This document shows positions 40,679-49,484 of a stretch of DNA of 64,000 nt, one piece after another. Position numbers and translations under genes: made by a program. A model generated the notes under the pieces. It did not search any database. It had not been told where the DNA came from and was given only the letters and a program-made list of their open reading frames with translations. How positions within the stretch are numbered: the first letter of the stretch is position 1; every line of letters starts with the position of its first letter. The DNA is from an uncultured Solirubrobacterales bacterium (GTDB lineage: Bacteria; Actinomycetota; Thermoleophilia; Solirubrobacterales; Solirubrobacteraceae). Location: positions 55,114 to 119,113 of the forward strand of contig CAVWPT010000004.1 in NCBI GenBank assembly GCA_963756965.1. The letters are read 5' to 3'.

Positions 40679-41701
40679 CTAGGCCGCGGTGAGAACCGGC
40701 GCCGTCTCCTCAAGCCGCTCGCACAGCTGCTCGAGCTTCTCCGCCGTGCCGGTCCCCGGCACCGGGGAGTACAGGATCAGCCGCTGCTCGGGCTCATCGA
40801 CCGGATGAAAGGCCGCATGCTCGAACAGCAGCAAGCCGAGCTCAGGATGGTGGAGCTCCTTGCGGCCGCTGCCCGAATGGGCCACCTCATGGCGCTTCCA
40901 GGCCCGGCAGAACTCGCGGCTGGTGTGCCTCAAGGTCTCGATCAGCTCCTCAAACGCCGGATCTCCAAGGTAGCGGGCGTGATCCGCGCGAAACTTGGCG
41001 ACGGCGATCCGACTCGCCTCCTCCCAGTCCCCGATGAGCTCGCGCCGGCGCGGGTCGCTGAACATCAGCCACAGGTGATTGCGAGCCTGGGGCGGAATCT
41101 GTTCGAAGTCTCCGAGCAGCCCACGCGCGGCCCGGTTCCATGCCAGGTAGTCCCAGCGCCGGCCGATGACAAAAGCCGGGTTGGGACCAAGATTGTCGAC
41201 CAGCCGCCGCAGCGTGGGCGAGACGCTCTCAGGCGGCGGCGACCCAGCCGGTGCCTCCTGTCCCCGTCCAAGCAGCATCAGATGGGTGCGCTCGGCCGGC
41301 GTGAGCGCAAGCGCCTGCGCCAGCGACTCCAGCACCTCTGTCGATGCGCGTACGTCGCGGCCCTGCTCGAGCCACGTGTACCAGGTGGTGCCGACGCCGG
41401 CGAGCTGCGCCACCTCCTCGCGGCGCAGGCCCGGTGTGCGGCGGCGCCCGCCGCCGGGTAGACCCACGTCCTCGGGCTTTATCTCGGCCCGGCGGCGGCG
41501 CAGGAAGTCGGCCAGCTCGGCCCGCCGGCGCTCCCCGTTGGTGGGTTGGGCCTCGGCGCCGTTGGTGCGTTGGGCGTCCGCGCCGTTGGTGGGTTGGGCG
41601 TCGGCGCCGTTGGTGGTGTCGTGTCGAATGGGGGGGAGATTCTCTACCAGGATAAACCCCTCTCTTGTACCTGGATAAGAAGTATTGCACAGTTCCGTCA
41701 T
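40679..41701 (-). CDS. XRE HTH / MmyB-like transcriptional regulator (start uncertain)
   Basis: LADFLRRRR, RRTPGLRREEVAQLAGVGTTWYTWLEQGR, DYLAWN, PAS-like ligand domain. Confidence 0.92.
   Translation of the reverse strand: MTELCNTSYPGTREGFILVENLPPIRHDTTNGADAQPTNGADAQRTNGAEAQPTNGERRRAELADFLRRRRAEIKPEDVGLPGGGRRRTPGLRREEVAQLAGVGTTWYTWLEQGRDVRASTEVLESLAQALALTPAERTHLMLLGRGQEAPAGSPPPESVSPTLRRLVDNLGPNPAFVIGRRWDYLAWNRAARGLLGDFEQIPPQARNHLWLMFSDPRRRELIGDWEEASRIAVAKFRADHARYLGDPAFEELIETLRHTSREFCRAWKRHEVAHSGSGRKELHHPELGLLLFEHAAFHPVDEPEQRLILYSPVPGTGTAEKLEQLCERLEETAPVLTAA
41535..41613 (-). repeat. 24-bp tandem repeat (TNGA[D/E]AQ[P/R])x3 at the regulator N-terminus
   Basis: ccgttggtg(g/c)gttgggc(c/g)tc(g/c)gcg x3 plus a partial copy. 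Confidence 0.9.
41645..41678. promoter_or_regulatory. Candidate operator: direct repeat TACC(A/T)GGATAA, 23-bp period
   Basis: TACCAGGATAA at 41645 and TACCTGGATAA at 41668, between the divergent regulator and MFS gene. Confidence 0.6.
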
Positions 41702-41747
41702 GCCCTCGATGTCACATCTGTATGGCGCGGGTCGGTTGATCACTCAA

Positions 41748-43256
41748 ATGGTGCTTTCGAACTCAGTGTCCCCAACCGCGGTTCTCCGTTCGTCGTCTTC
41801 ACGTATGAGACGTTCCCCCACCCGAGCCCTGCTGTTCGTGGTCTGCCTGGCCCAGTTCATGGTCATCCTCGACGTGTCGGTCGTCAACGTCGCTCTGCCG
41901 GCAATGCGCACCGACCTGCACTTCTCAACCGCCGGGCTCCAGTGGGTTGTCAACGCCTACACGATCACGTTTGCAGGATTCATGATGCTCGGCGCGCGCT
42001 CGGCTGACCTGCTGGGCCGGAGACGGGTGTTTGTCGCCGGCACGCTGCTGTTCACGATCTCCTCCCTGGCCTGCGCGCTGTCGTCCTCGCAGGGGATGCT
42101 GATCGGTGTTCGCGCGCTCCAGGGCTTTGGCGGGGGACTCGTCTCGCCCGCGACGCTGTCGATCATCACCTCCTCGATTCCCGCGGGCGCCGAGCGAAAC
42201 CGGGCCGTGGGTCTGTGGGGCGCGGTCGGAGCGCTGGGCGCATCCTCAGGTGTGCTGCTCGGCGGCCTGCTCATCCAGGGGCTCGGATGGCCCGCCATCT
42301 TCGCGATCAATGTTCCGCTTGGCGCGCTGGTGATCACGCTCGCGCCGCGGACGATCCGGAGTGACGGACCGATCGACCGCCACGGCCACTTCGACGTCAC
42401 CGGCGCGATCCTGGTAACCGCTGGGCTGGTCGCTCTCACCTATGGAATCGTCAGGACCGACGTGCTCGGCTGGGGAGCGCCGGGCGTCGATATTCCCCTG
42501 GCACTGGCCGTGGTACTGCTGGCCGCATTCCTATACGTCGAGGGCCGTGTCTCACAGGCGCCCCTCGTCCCGCTGTCGATCTTCCGCGGCGGCCAGCTGC
42601 GTAGCGCCAACCTGGTGGTGATCCTGATGTACGCGGCGCTTTTCTCGATGTTCTTCTTCGTCACCCTGTACCTGCAGCAGGTGCTGGGCGATGACGCGCT
42701 CCAGGCGGGCCTTTCGTTCTTGCCGGCGACCCTGTCGGTGTTCGCCGGCTCGTCGCTCGCTCCGCGGCTGGTGGCGCGATTTGGGCTGCGTACCGTGATC
42801 GTGGGCGGGATGGCCGTCGCCACCGCCGGACTGCTCCTGTTCACCGGGGTGCACCCTGGGGGCAGCTACTTCGGGCTTGTGCTGCCTGCCGCCGCACTGT
42901 CGGGTTTGGGCATGGGATTGACGCTGGTGGCGTCGACCATCGGCGCCACCCAGGGGGTGGCACCGGCCCAGAGCGGGCTGGCCTCTGGGCTGCTCAACAT
43001 GTCGCGCCTGTTCGGAGGCGCGCTGGGACTGGCCGTGCTGAGCACATTGGCAACCTCGCGGCAGCATGCAGCCGCCTCGGCCGGCACGCTTCAGGCGATG
43101 ACGGACGGTTTCGGGGTCGCATTCCGCATCGGGGCGGCCTTTACGATCGCCGCCGCCCTGGTCGCGCTGCTCGGGCTGCGCCCGGCCCCACAGCTGGAGC
43201 TGATCAAGCCGGGCGGAGCCGACGAGGTGCGGGACGACGAGCCGCTTGCGGCATGA
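41748..43256 (+). CDS. DHA2 (EmrB/QacA) MFS efflux transporter
   Basis: QFMVILDVSVVNVALP, WVVNAY, ADLLGRRRVF, INVPLG. Confidence 0.93.
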   Translation: MVLSNSVSPTAVLRSSSSRMRRSPTRALLFVVCLAQFMVILDVSVVNVALPAMRTDLHFSTAGLQWVVNAYTITFAGFMMLGARSADLLGRRRVFVAGTLLFTISSLACALSSSQGMLIGVRALQGFGGGLVSPATLSIITSSIPAGAERNRAVGLWGAVGALGASSGVLLGGLLIQGLGWPAIFAINVPLGALVITLAPRTIRSDGPIDRHGHFDVTGAILVTAGLVALTYGIVRTDVLGWGAPGVDIPLALAVVLLAAFLYVEGRVSQAPLVPLSIFRGGQLRSANLVVILMYAALFSMFFFVTLYLQQVLGDDALQAGLSFLPATLSVFAGSSLAPRLVARFGLRTVIVGGMAVATAGLLLFTGVHPGGSYFGLVLPAAALSGLGMGLTLVASTIGATQGVAPAQSGLASGLLNMSRLFGGALGLAVLSTLATSRQHAAASAGTLQAMTDGFGVAFRIGAAFTIAAALVALLGLRPAPQLELIKPGGADEVRDDEPLAA

Positions 43257-43308
43257 GAGTGGCCGCGCCGAAAGCCCGCGAGCTGGACCTCAGGTAGATT
43301 CGCCCGGC

Positions 43309-43788
43309 GTGGCCACCTCGCGGGTCAGCGCCGGCATCCTCATGTACAGAAACGGGCCCGACGGGCTCGAGGTGCTGCTGGTCCACCCGGGCGGTCCGGT
43401 GTGGGCGCGGCGTGACGCCGGCGCATGGTCGATCCCGAAAGGCGAGTATGAGGCGGGTGAGGAGCCCGAGGCTGCGGCCCGCCGGGAGTTCGCCGAGGAG
43501 CTGGGTACGCCGCCGCCGGAGTCGCAGGCCCTCGACCTTGGGGATGTGCGCCAGAAGTCGGGCAAGGTGGTGCGGGCATTCGCGCTCGAGGGCGACCTGG
43601 ATGCATCGGCCGTCGTCAGCAACACGACGGAGTATGAGTGGCCGCCCCGATCCGGCCGGATGATCGAGATACCGGAGGTCGACCGTGCCGAATGGTTTGA
43701 CCTGGAAACGGCGGCCGAGAAGGTGCTGGAGGCACAGCTGCCGCTGCTGGAGCGGCTGAGCGCGCTCACGGGTAGCGGCCGACGGTGA
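43309..43788 (+). CDS. NUDIX hydrolase
   Basis: SAGILMYR, VHPGGP, WSIPKGE...AARREFAEELG, EWPPRSG, PEVDRAEWF. Confidence 0.92.
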   Translation: MATSRVSAGILMYRNGPDGLEVLLVHPGGPVWARRDAGAWSIPKGEYEAGEEPEAAARREFAEELGTPPPESQALDLGDVRQKSGKVVRAFALEGDLDASAVVSNTTEYEWPPRSGRMIEIPEVDRAEWFDLETAAEKVLEAQLPLLERLSALTGSGRR

Positions 43789-44627
43789 GCGACTCGGCCC
43801 GGATCAGCCCGACCGCTCATTACACCGGGTACGTCTGGGCGCGCAACGGCCTCTCGCATCCCGAGCTAGAGACCGTGCAGGGGCGCGTCATGTTCGAGTC
43901 GCTGCAGCCAACGATGCTTCTCCGGCGCCTGCTCGGCCAGGGCACGATGGAGAGCTACCTGCTTGCCCGACACCGCGCCATCGACCTGCTGCTGGAGCGT
44001 GCGATTGAGAATGGTGTAACGCAGGTCATCGAGGTGGCCTGCGGGTTGTCGGCTCGAGGCTGGCGCTTCATGCAGCGCTACGGCGATCGCCTGAGGTATG
44101 TCGAAACTGACCTGCCTGAGATGGCCGCGCGCAAACGCCGAGCCCTTGAGCGCATGGGCAGCCTGTCAGACGGCCACCTGGTGGCCGAGATGGACGTGCT
44201 GGCCGAGTCGGGTCCGGACAGCCTCGACGCAATAGCCGGCGGTCTGGAAAGGGAAGGTGGGTTGGCGATCGTGACCGAGGGACTCGTCGGATACCTACCC
44301 AAGGAGGGAACCGAGGGGATGTGGCGCCGGTTCGCGCAGACCCTTGGCGGCTTCACCCCGGGGCGACACATCTGCCACGTCCACCTGCGTGAGGTCGACG
44401 CGCTCCAGGTTGAGGCGCTGAGCCTGCTGCTTTCGGTGTTCGTGCGCGGTCGAGTCCGCGCGCATTACCGAGACGGCGCCGCTGTCGAGCGGGCCCTCCG
44501 CGATGCCGGGTTTGCCGACGCCACGGCCCACTCGGCCCCTGCGTTGTTGGGCGAGCGCGAGAGCCCGACCACGCGTCATGCTCGCGTGGTGGAGGCGTGG
44601 ACGTCCGGGGGCGAGCCGCCCACATGA
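43785..44627 (+). CDS. Class I SAM-dependent methyltransferase (LCM-like)
   Basis: ISPTAHYTG, QVIEVACGLS, ETDLPEM, TEGLVGYL. Confidence 0.88.
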   Translation: MSDSARISPTAHYTGYVWARNGLSHPELETVQGRVMFESLQPTMLLRRLLGQGTMESYLLARHRAIDLLLERAIENGVTQVIEVACGLSARGWRFMQRYGDRLRYVETDLPEMAARKRRALERMGSLSDGHLVAEMDVLAESGPDSLDAIAGGLEREGGLAIVTEGLVGYLPKEGTEGMWRRFAQTLGGFTPGRHICHVHLREVDALQVEALSLLLSVFVRGRVRAHYRDGAAVERALRDAGFADATAHSAPALLGERESPTTRHARVVEAWTSGGEPPT

Positions 44628-44670
44628 TCGAGGCGCCATGATCGAGGCGACCCCATGATCGAGGCGACCC
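44623..44670 (+). repeat. Triplicated start region CATGATCGAGGCG forming two ATGA-coupled mini-ORFs
   Basis: ATGs at 44624, 44638 and 44655; mini-ORFs MIEAP* and MIEATP*. Confidence 0.9.
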
Positions 44671-45527
44671 TCTACAGCGACGCCGCCTGCCCGTGGGCGT
44701 ACTCGGCCAGCCCGGCGCTGCGGGTGATCCAGTGGCGCTACGGCGATCAGCTCCGGTGGCGGCTGGTGATGGTTGGGTTGACCGAGAGCGCCACCCAGTA
44801 CGAGGAGCGCGGTTACACGCCGCTGCGCGGGGCGCTCGGTTACGCGTGGTTTCGTGAGCGCTACGGGATGCCGTTCACCGCGGCCCCAAAGGCGCGGCTG
44901 AGCGCCACCTCGCGAGCGTGCCGCCTGGTGGTTGCCGCCCGCATGCACGATCCGGGGAGCGAGTGGCGGGTATTCCGCGCCGTCCAGCTCGCCAACTTCA
45001 CGACGCCCCTCCTGCTCGACGAGGACGAGCAGCTGGCCGCGGTGCTGCGTGACGTTGAGGGGATCGACGCCGATGAACTGGTCGGCCGGATCGACGATCC
45101 CGACGTGATTAAGGCGTACGACGGCGACCGAGCCGAGACCCGGAGGGCCGCCGGGTCGGCCGCCGAGCTACAGGGGAAGACCCGCACGACCGACGGGCCC
45201 GTTCGGTTCACCGCCCCGTCGGTCGTCTTCGAGCGGGATGGACAGCGGTTGGTTGCGGGCGGCTTTCAGCCGGCCGACGCATACGACGTGCTCGTGGCCA
45301 ACCTTGATCCGACGCTGACACGGCGCGAGCCGCCTGACGGGCCTGCGCCGCTGCTCGACTACTTTCGCGACGGCCTCACGACCCAGGAGGTGGCGGCGCT
45401 CCTGACCGGCAACAACCAGTCGCCCGACCGTGCCGCCGCCGAACGGGCGCTCCTGGCGGCGGTGGGGGAGGGGGCGGCCTCGCGCATTCCACTGGCCGAC
45501 GACGCGGTTTGGGTGCCGGCGAGATGA
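44655..45527 (+). CDS. DsbA/FrnE-like thioredoxin-fold protein
   Basis: YSDAACPWAYS (single Cys), putative cis-Pro TAPS. Confidence 0.8.
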   Translation: MIEATLYSDAACPWAYSASPALRVIQWRYGDQLRWRLVMVGLTESATQYEERGYTPLRGALGYAWFRERYGMPFTAAPKARLSATSRACRLVVAARMHDPGSEWRVFRAVQLANFTTPLLLDEDEQLAAVLRDVEGIDADELVGRIDDPDVIKAYDGDRAETRRAAGSAAELQGKTRTTDGPVRFTAPSVVFERDGQRLVAGGFQPADAYDVLVANLDPTLTRREPPDGPAPLLDYFRDGLTTQEVAALLTGNNQSPDRAAAERALLAAVGEGAASRIPLADDAVWVPAR

Positions 45528-45583
45528 ATTACTGCTGCCTCCCGCGGTCTCTACGTCAAAAACGATAAGGAAAGGAAGGCGAG

Positions 45584-45946
45584 ATGGCGCAGCCAGTAGT
45601 GCATTTCGAGGTTGTCGGCAACGACGCCGACGGGCTCCGTAACTACTATGGCCAGCTGTTCGGCTGGGAGTTCGGTGAGCCGATTGGGCCGACGGACTAC
45701 ACCGTCGTAACCAACCCCAATGGCATCGGCGGCGGCATCGGCAAGGCGCCCGAGGGCTACGGCGGCCATGTGACCTTCTATGTCGAGGTGCCCGATGTGG
45801 AGGCCGTTCTCTCGCAGGCTGAGAACCTCGGTGGCGGCCGCATGATGGGCCCCGACGAGGTCCCGGGGGTGGGGATCGTGATCGGCCTGATGTCGGATCC
45901 CGAGGGACGCACCGTCGGTGTGATGTCGCGCGCGGCCTCCAGCTAG
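45584..45946 (+). CDS. VOC/glyoxalase family protein
   Basis: PVVHFEV, YYGQLFGW, TFYVEVPD, DPEG; SD AAGGAAAGGAAGG. Confidence 0.92.
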   Translation: MAQPVVHFEVVGNDADGLRNYYGQLFGWEFGEPIGPTDYTVVTNPNGIGGGIGKAPEGYGGHVTFYVEVPDVEAVLSQAENLGGGRMMGPDEVPGVGIVIGLMSDPEGRTVGVMSRAASS

Positions 45947-47157
45947 CTCAGCTCGAGCCGCAGCGGAAGCCGCTCCAACTGGTAGATCCCGGCCGGGGTT
46001 CCAAACTCTGGTTCCCCGGCCAGGGATACCGCCAGGACGTGCTCGGCCAGGAACGCGACCGCCTCCTGCATCTCGGTGCGGGCCAGGTTCTGACCGACGC
46101 AGAAGTGGATCCCGGCGCCAAACGTGAGCACCCGCGCTCCCGCACGGTCGGCGAGGATGTCGAAGGCGTCGTCGGCGATCCCGTCTCGGTTTGCGTGCCA
46201 GGCTGACACGAGCATCAGCGAGTTCGGCGGGAACGTGACGCCTCGATACTCGAGTTCGTTGACGGTCATCCGCGCCGTGAACGGGGTGATCGGCTCGTAG
46301 CGGACCGCTTCGTCCACCGCCGCCAGCGCCAGCCCCTGGGGATCGCCCCGTAGCGCGTCCCACTGTTCCGGATGCTCGGCGAGGAGCCGCACGGTGTGCG
46401 CCAGCTGACTCTGGCTGGTGTCGACGCCGCCGACAAGGATGTTCAGAACCAGGTTGCGCAGCTCGTCGTGGCTGAGCCGGTCACCCTGGTCCTCCGCCTG
46501 GATCAGGGCCGTGATCAGGTCGTCGCCCGGCGTCTGCCGGCGCGCGGCGATCAGCTCGTCCTCGTACTCGTAGAACTCCCTCACGGCCTGCTCAATCTGC
46601 TGCCGGTCGGCCACCACGCTCTGAGCGTCGAACTGGCGCTGGATCATGTTGGACCAGTGGTGCAGGCGCGGTGCGTCCGTAAGCGGCGCACCCATCACCT
46701 CGGCGATCACCAGCGACGGATACGGCTTGGCGAAGTCGGCGACGAACTCGGTGACGCCGTCGGCTGGGACGGCCTGGAGGAGCTCGCCGGCGAAGCGGCG
46801 CATCGCGGGCCGGTAGCGCTCCACGGCGCGCTGGGACAGCGCCGGGTTAACCAGGTTCCTCAGCCGGCGGTGGTCGTCGCCCTCGATCGTGATGATGTTC
46901 TTGACGAACTCCTCATGCAGCGGTCCGTCGGTGATTCCGAACACCTCGGCGATCATCAACCCTGGGAAGATCACGTCCTTGCTCCGCAGGAAGAACTCGC
47001 CTGCATCCCGGTCGAGCACGGTGTAGCCGAAGGGGTTAGCCGCCAGCCAGCCGTCGTGTCCCTTCAGCCCGGCCATCGCCTGGCGGTAGCGCTCACCGAC
47101 CAGCGCCGAGTCCGTGTGGTCGAATGCAGGCAGGTCGAGCTCTGTGGCCAACGCCAT
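45943..47157 (-). CDS. Cytochrome P450
   Basis: HRRLR, LVGGVDTS, EAVR, FGAGIHFCVG. Confidence 0.93.
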   Translation of the reverse strand: MALATELDLPAFDHTDSALVGERYRQAMAGLKGHDGWLAANPFGYTVLDRDAGEFFLRSKDVIFPGLMIAEVFGITDGPLHEEFVKNIITIEGDDHRRLRNLVNPALSQRAVERYRPAMRRFAGELLQAVPADGVTEFVADFAKPYPSLVIAEVMGAPLTDAPRLHHWSNMIQRQFDAQSVVADRQQIEQAVREFYEYEDELIAARRQTPGDDLITALIQAEDQGDRLSHDELRNLVLNILVGGVDTSQSQLAHTVRLLAEHPEQWDALRGDPQGLALAAVDEAVRYEPITPFTARMTVNELEYRGVTFPPNSLMLVSAWHANRDGIADDAFDILADRAGARVLTFGAGIHFCVGQNLARTEMQEAVAFLAEHVLAVSLAGEPEFGTPAGIYQLERLPLRLELS

Positions 47158-47231
47158 GCCGCGAACGCTATCCGCGCGGGGTGTCCTTCACTAGCCTGGG
47201 TCCCGTCCCGCGGGCCTAAACTGCCCGTGGA

Positions 47232-47531
47232 ATGGCCGGTCCGCCGCTCAGCCGCCTGCGCCAGCTGCCGGTCGCCCGGCTTCTGGCGCTTGCCGAGCTC
47301 GCAATACTCGCCCGCGAGCACTACTCCAAGCTCAAACCACAGGACCGCCGCCGCATCCTCGAGCTGGTGCGGCGCACCCACGGCCGGCCGGCCAATCTGA
47401 CCAGGCGCGAGCGCGCCGAGCTGGCCGCGCTCCTGGCCAAGACCGATCCCCGCCTGTTCATGGAAAGCGCTGTGCGGAAGCTCACGGGCTTCAGCGTTCC
47501 GGGGTCACGGCGCCGTCCGGGCGCGCCTTGA
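47232..47531 (+). CDS. Small basic hypothetical protein
   Basis: Compact ORF coupled to the next gene; RPANLTRRERAEL; TAAACT upstream. Confidence 0.7.
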   Translation: MAGPPLSRLRQLPVARLLALAELAILAREHYSKLKPQDRRRILELVRRTHGRPANLTRRERAELAALLAKTDPRLFMESAVRKLTGFSVPGSRRRPGAP

Positions 47532-49093
47532 CGGCGACCAGGGACCGCCCGGCGGACCTGCCCACGCCGGCGACCGACACAACACGGCCCAGCGGCCCGG
47601 TGGGCCCGCGCCCGCCGATCGCCTACGTGCGTGTGCTGGCGTTCGTGGTCGGATCCGCCAGCCTCGGCGCCGAGATAGCCGCAGCACGGCTGCTGGCTCC
47701 GTACTTCGGCGCCTCCACGATCATCTGGGCCAACACGATCGCCACCGTCCTCGTGGCGCTTTCCGTGGGTTACGCAATCGGCGGGCGCATCGCTGACCGC
47801 TGGCCCCACCTGCGCGGCCTGTGCACGGTCGTGATGGCCGCCGGGCTCCTGCTCGCGGTGGTCCCGTTTGCGGCCGATCCGTTCCTGCGCCTGGCCTCGA
47901 GCGCGTTGGGAGCGCTGTCGGTAGGAGGGTTCTTGAGCTCGCTGGTGGCCGTGCTGGGGCTGGTGGCGGTGCCCGTGGTCCTGCTGGGGACGGTGGCTCC
48001 GTTTGCCAACCGACTTGCCGTGGATCGACTCGTCACGACGGGCACGGTGACGGGTCGGCTTTACGCGATCTCGACGATCGGCTCGCTCGTGGGGACGTTT
48101 GCCTCGGCCTTGCTGATGATCCCCCTGATCGGCACCCACCGGACCTTCCTGGTGTTCGCGCTGGCGCTTGTGGCGGTGGCGGCGCCCGGGCTGCGGCTGC
48201 GGGCACTGCTGCTCGCGCCCATCGTCGTCGGAGGACTCCTGGCCATCCCGGAGCCGGGGATCGGCACCAACATCGCGGGGGCCCGGGTGATCTATTCAGC
48301 CGAGACGCCCTATCAGTCCGCGCGCGTGCTCCAGCTGCCAAGCGGGGAGCGCTGGCTCGAGCTCAACGAGGGCGTCGCGATCCACTCCGACTACCGCCCC
48401 TGGAGCTATCTGACCGGTGGCTACTGGGACGACTTCCTGGTGCTACCGCTGGCCGCGGGGCAAGCGCCTGGCCACATCGCGATTCTTGGCGACGCCGCCG
48501 GGACGGTGGCCAGGGCCTACGGTCACTACTTCCCGCGCACGCGCGTGGATGCGGTCGAGCTCGACGGCCGGCTGACCGACATCGGCCGCCGGTACTTCGA
48601 TCTCCGCGGCCCCAACCTCCACCTCTACACGGCCGACGCGCGACCTTGGCTGGCCGCCAGCACGTCGCGCTACGACGCGATCTTCCTCGACGCCTACCGC
48701 CAGCCATACATCCCGTTCTATCTGGTGACCCGTGAGTTCTTTGCCTCCGTTGCAAGTCATCTGCGCCCCGGAGGCGTTGTCGTGGTCAACGTGGGCCACA
48801 CGCCTGGGTCTGATGCGCTGGAGAAGGTGGTCACCGCCACGCTCGGTGCCGAATTCCCGGTCGTGGTCCGCGACCGCGTCAGCGCGACGAACTCGCTCGT
48901 GATGGCCAGCAGGCGACCGCTCGGCTCGATTAACAGAGCCCGCGTCGGGGCGGAGCTGTCGCCGCTCGCGGTCAGCGTCGAGTCCCGGCTCGGACCACGG
49001 CTGACCGGCGGAACGGTCTACACCGACGACCGCGCTCCTGTCGAATGGCTGACGGACTTCTCGCTGCTGCGGTATGCCGCGGGCGACCGTTAG
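47528..49093 (+). CDS. Fused membrane domain / spermidine synthase-like protein
   Basis: EIAAARLLAPYFGAS, LYAISTIGS, AVELD, DAYRQPYIP, YTDDRAPVE. Confidence 0.92.
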   Translation: MTATRDRPADLPTPATDTTRPSGPVGPRPPIAYVRVLAFVVGSASLGAEIAAARLLAPYFGASTIIWANTIATVLVALSVGYAIGGRIADRWPHLRGLCTVVMAAGLLLAVVPFAADPFLRLASSALGALSVGGFLSSLVAVLGLVAVPVVLLGTVAPFANRLAVDRLVTTGTVTGRLYAISTIGSLVGTFASALLMIPLIGTHRTFLVFALALVAVAAPGLRLRALLLAPIVVGGLLAIPEPGIGTNIAGARVIYSAETPYQSARVLQLPSGERWLELNEGVAIHSDYRPWSYLTGGYWDDFLVLPLAAGQAPGHIAILGDAAGTVARAYGHYFPRTRVDAVELDGRLTDIGRRYFDLRGPNLHLYTADARPWLAASTSRYDAIFLDAYRQPYIPFYLVTREFFASVASHLRPGGVVVVNVGHTPGSDALEKVVTATLGAEFPVVVRDRVSATNSLVMASRRPLGSINRARVGAELSPLAVSVESRLGPRLTGGTVYTDDRAPVEWLTDFSLLRYAAGDR

Positions 49094-49183
49094 CTACGAC
49101 GTACGTCCACCCAGCCGAAACCTGTGCAGGCGTCCAGTTATCGCCGTGAGGCTTGACGCTCGGCTCGGATCCGTCGATCGAAC

Positions 49184-49411
49184 GTGGTCGTGCGCGCGCT
49201 ACGACTGAGGAGCTCAACCCAGGCGCTGCTCATCTGCCTGGCACTGTTGTGCGTGTTTGGACCGCACCTGGTGATGCTGGGCTATAAGGCGGCCGGAGCG
49301 CAGCCGCCGGGCGCACTCTCCTTTATCTGCCTACTGCATCACGGCAGCGGCTCGAGCAAGCCCGCGGCAGTAGCCGGCTGGTCGATCCATCCCGCTGCTC
49401 CGCAACGCTGA
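49184..49411 (+). CDS. Small hypothetical membrane/secreted protein
   Basis: Only ORF filling the gap; hydrophobic N-terminus; ICLLHH. Confidence 0.4.
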   Translation: MVVRALRLRSSTQALLICLALLCVFGPHLVMLGYKAAGAQPPGALSFICLLHHGSGSSKPAAVAGWSIHPAAPQR

Positions 49412-49417
49412 CAGCTG

Positions 49418-49446
49418 CTCAAGGCGCGGCTGGTAACGGCCGACAT
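49418..49446 (+). promoter_or_regulatory. Sigma-28 (FliA/WhiG-type) promoter
   Basis: CTCAAG-N15-GCCGACAT about 40 nt before ATG 49485. Confidence 0.6.
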
Positions 49447-49484
49447 CCCTCGGACTGGTTGTCAACTGGAGAGAGGGTCGGGGC

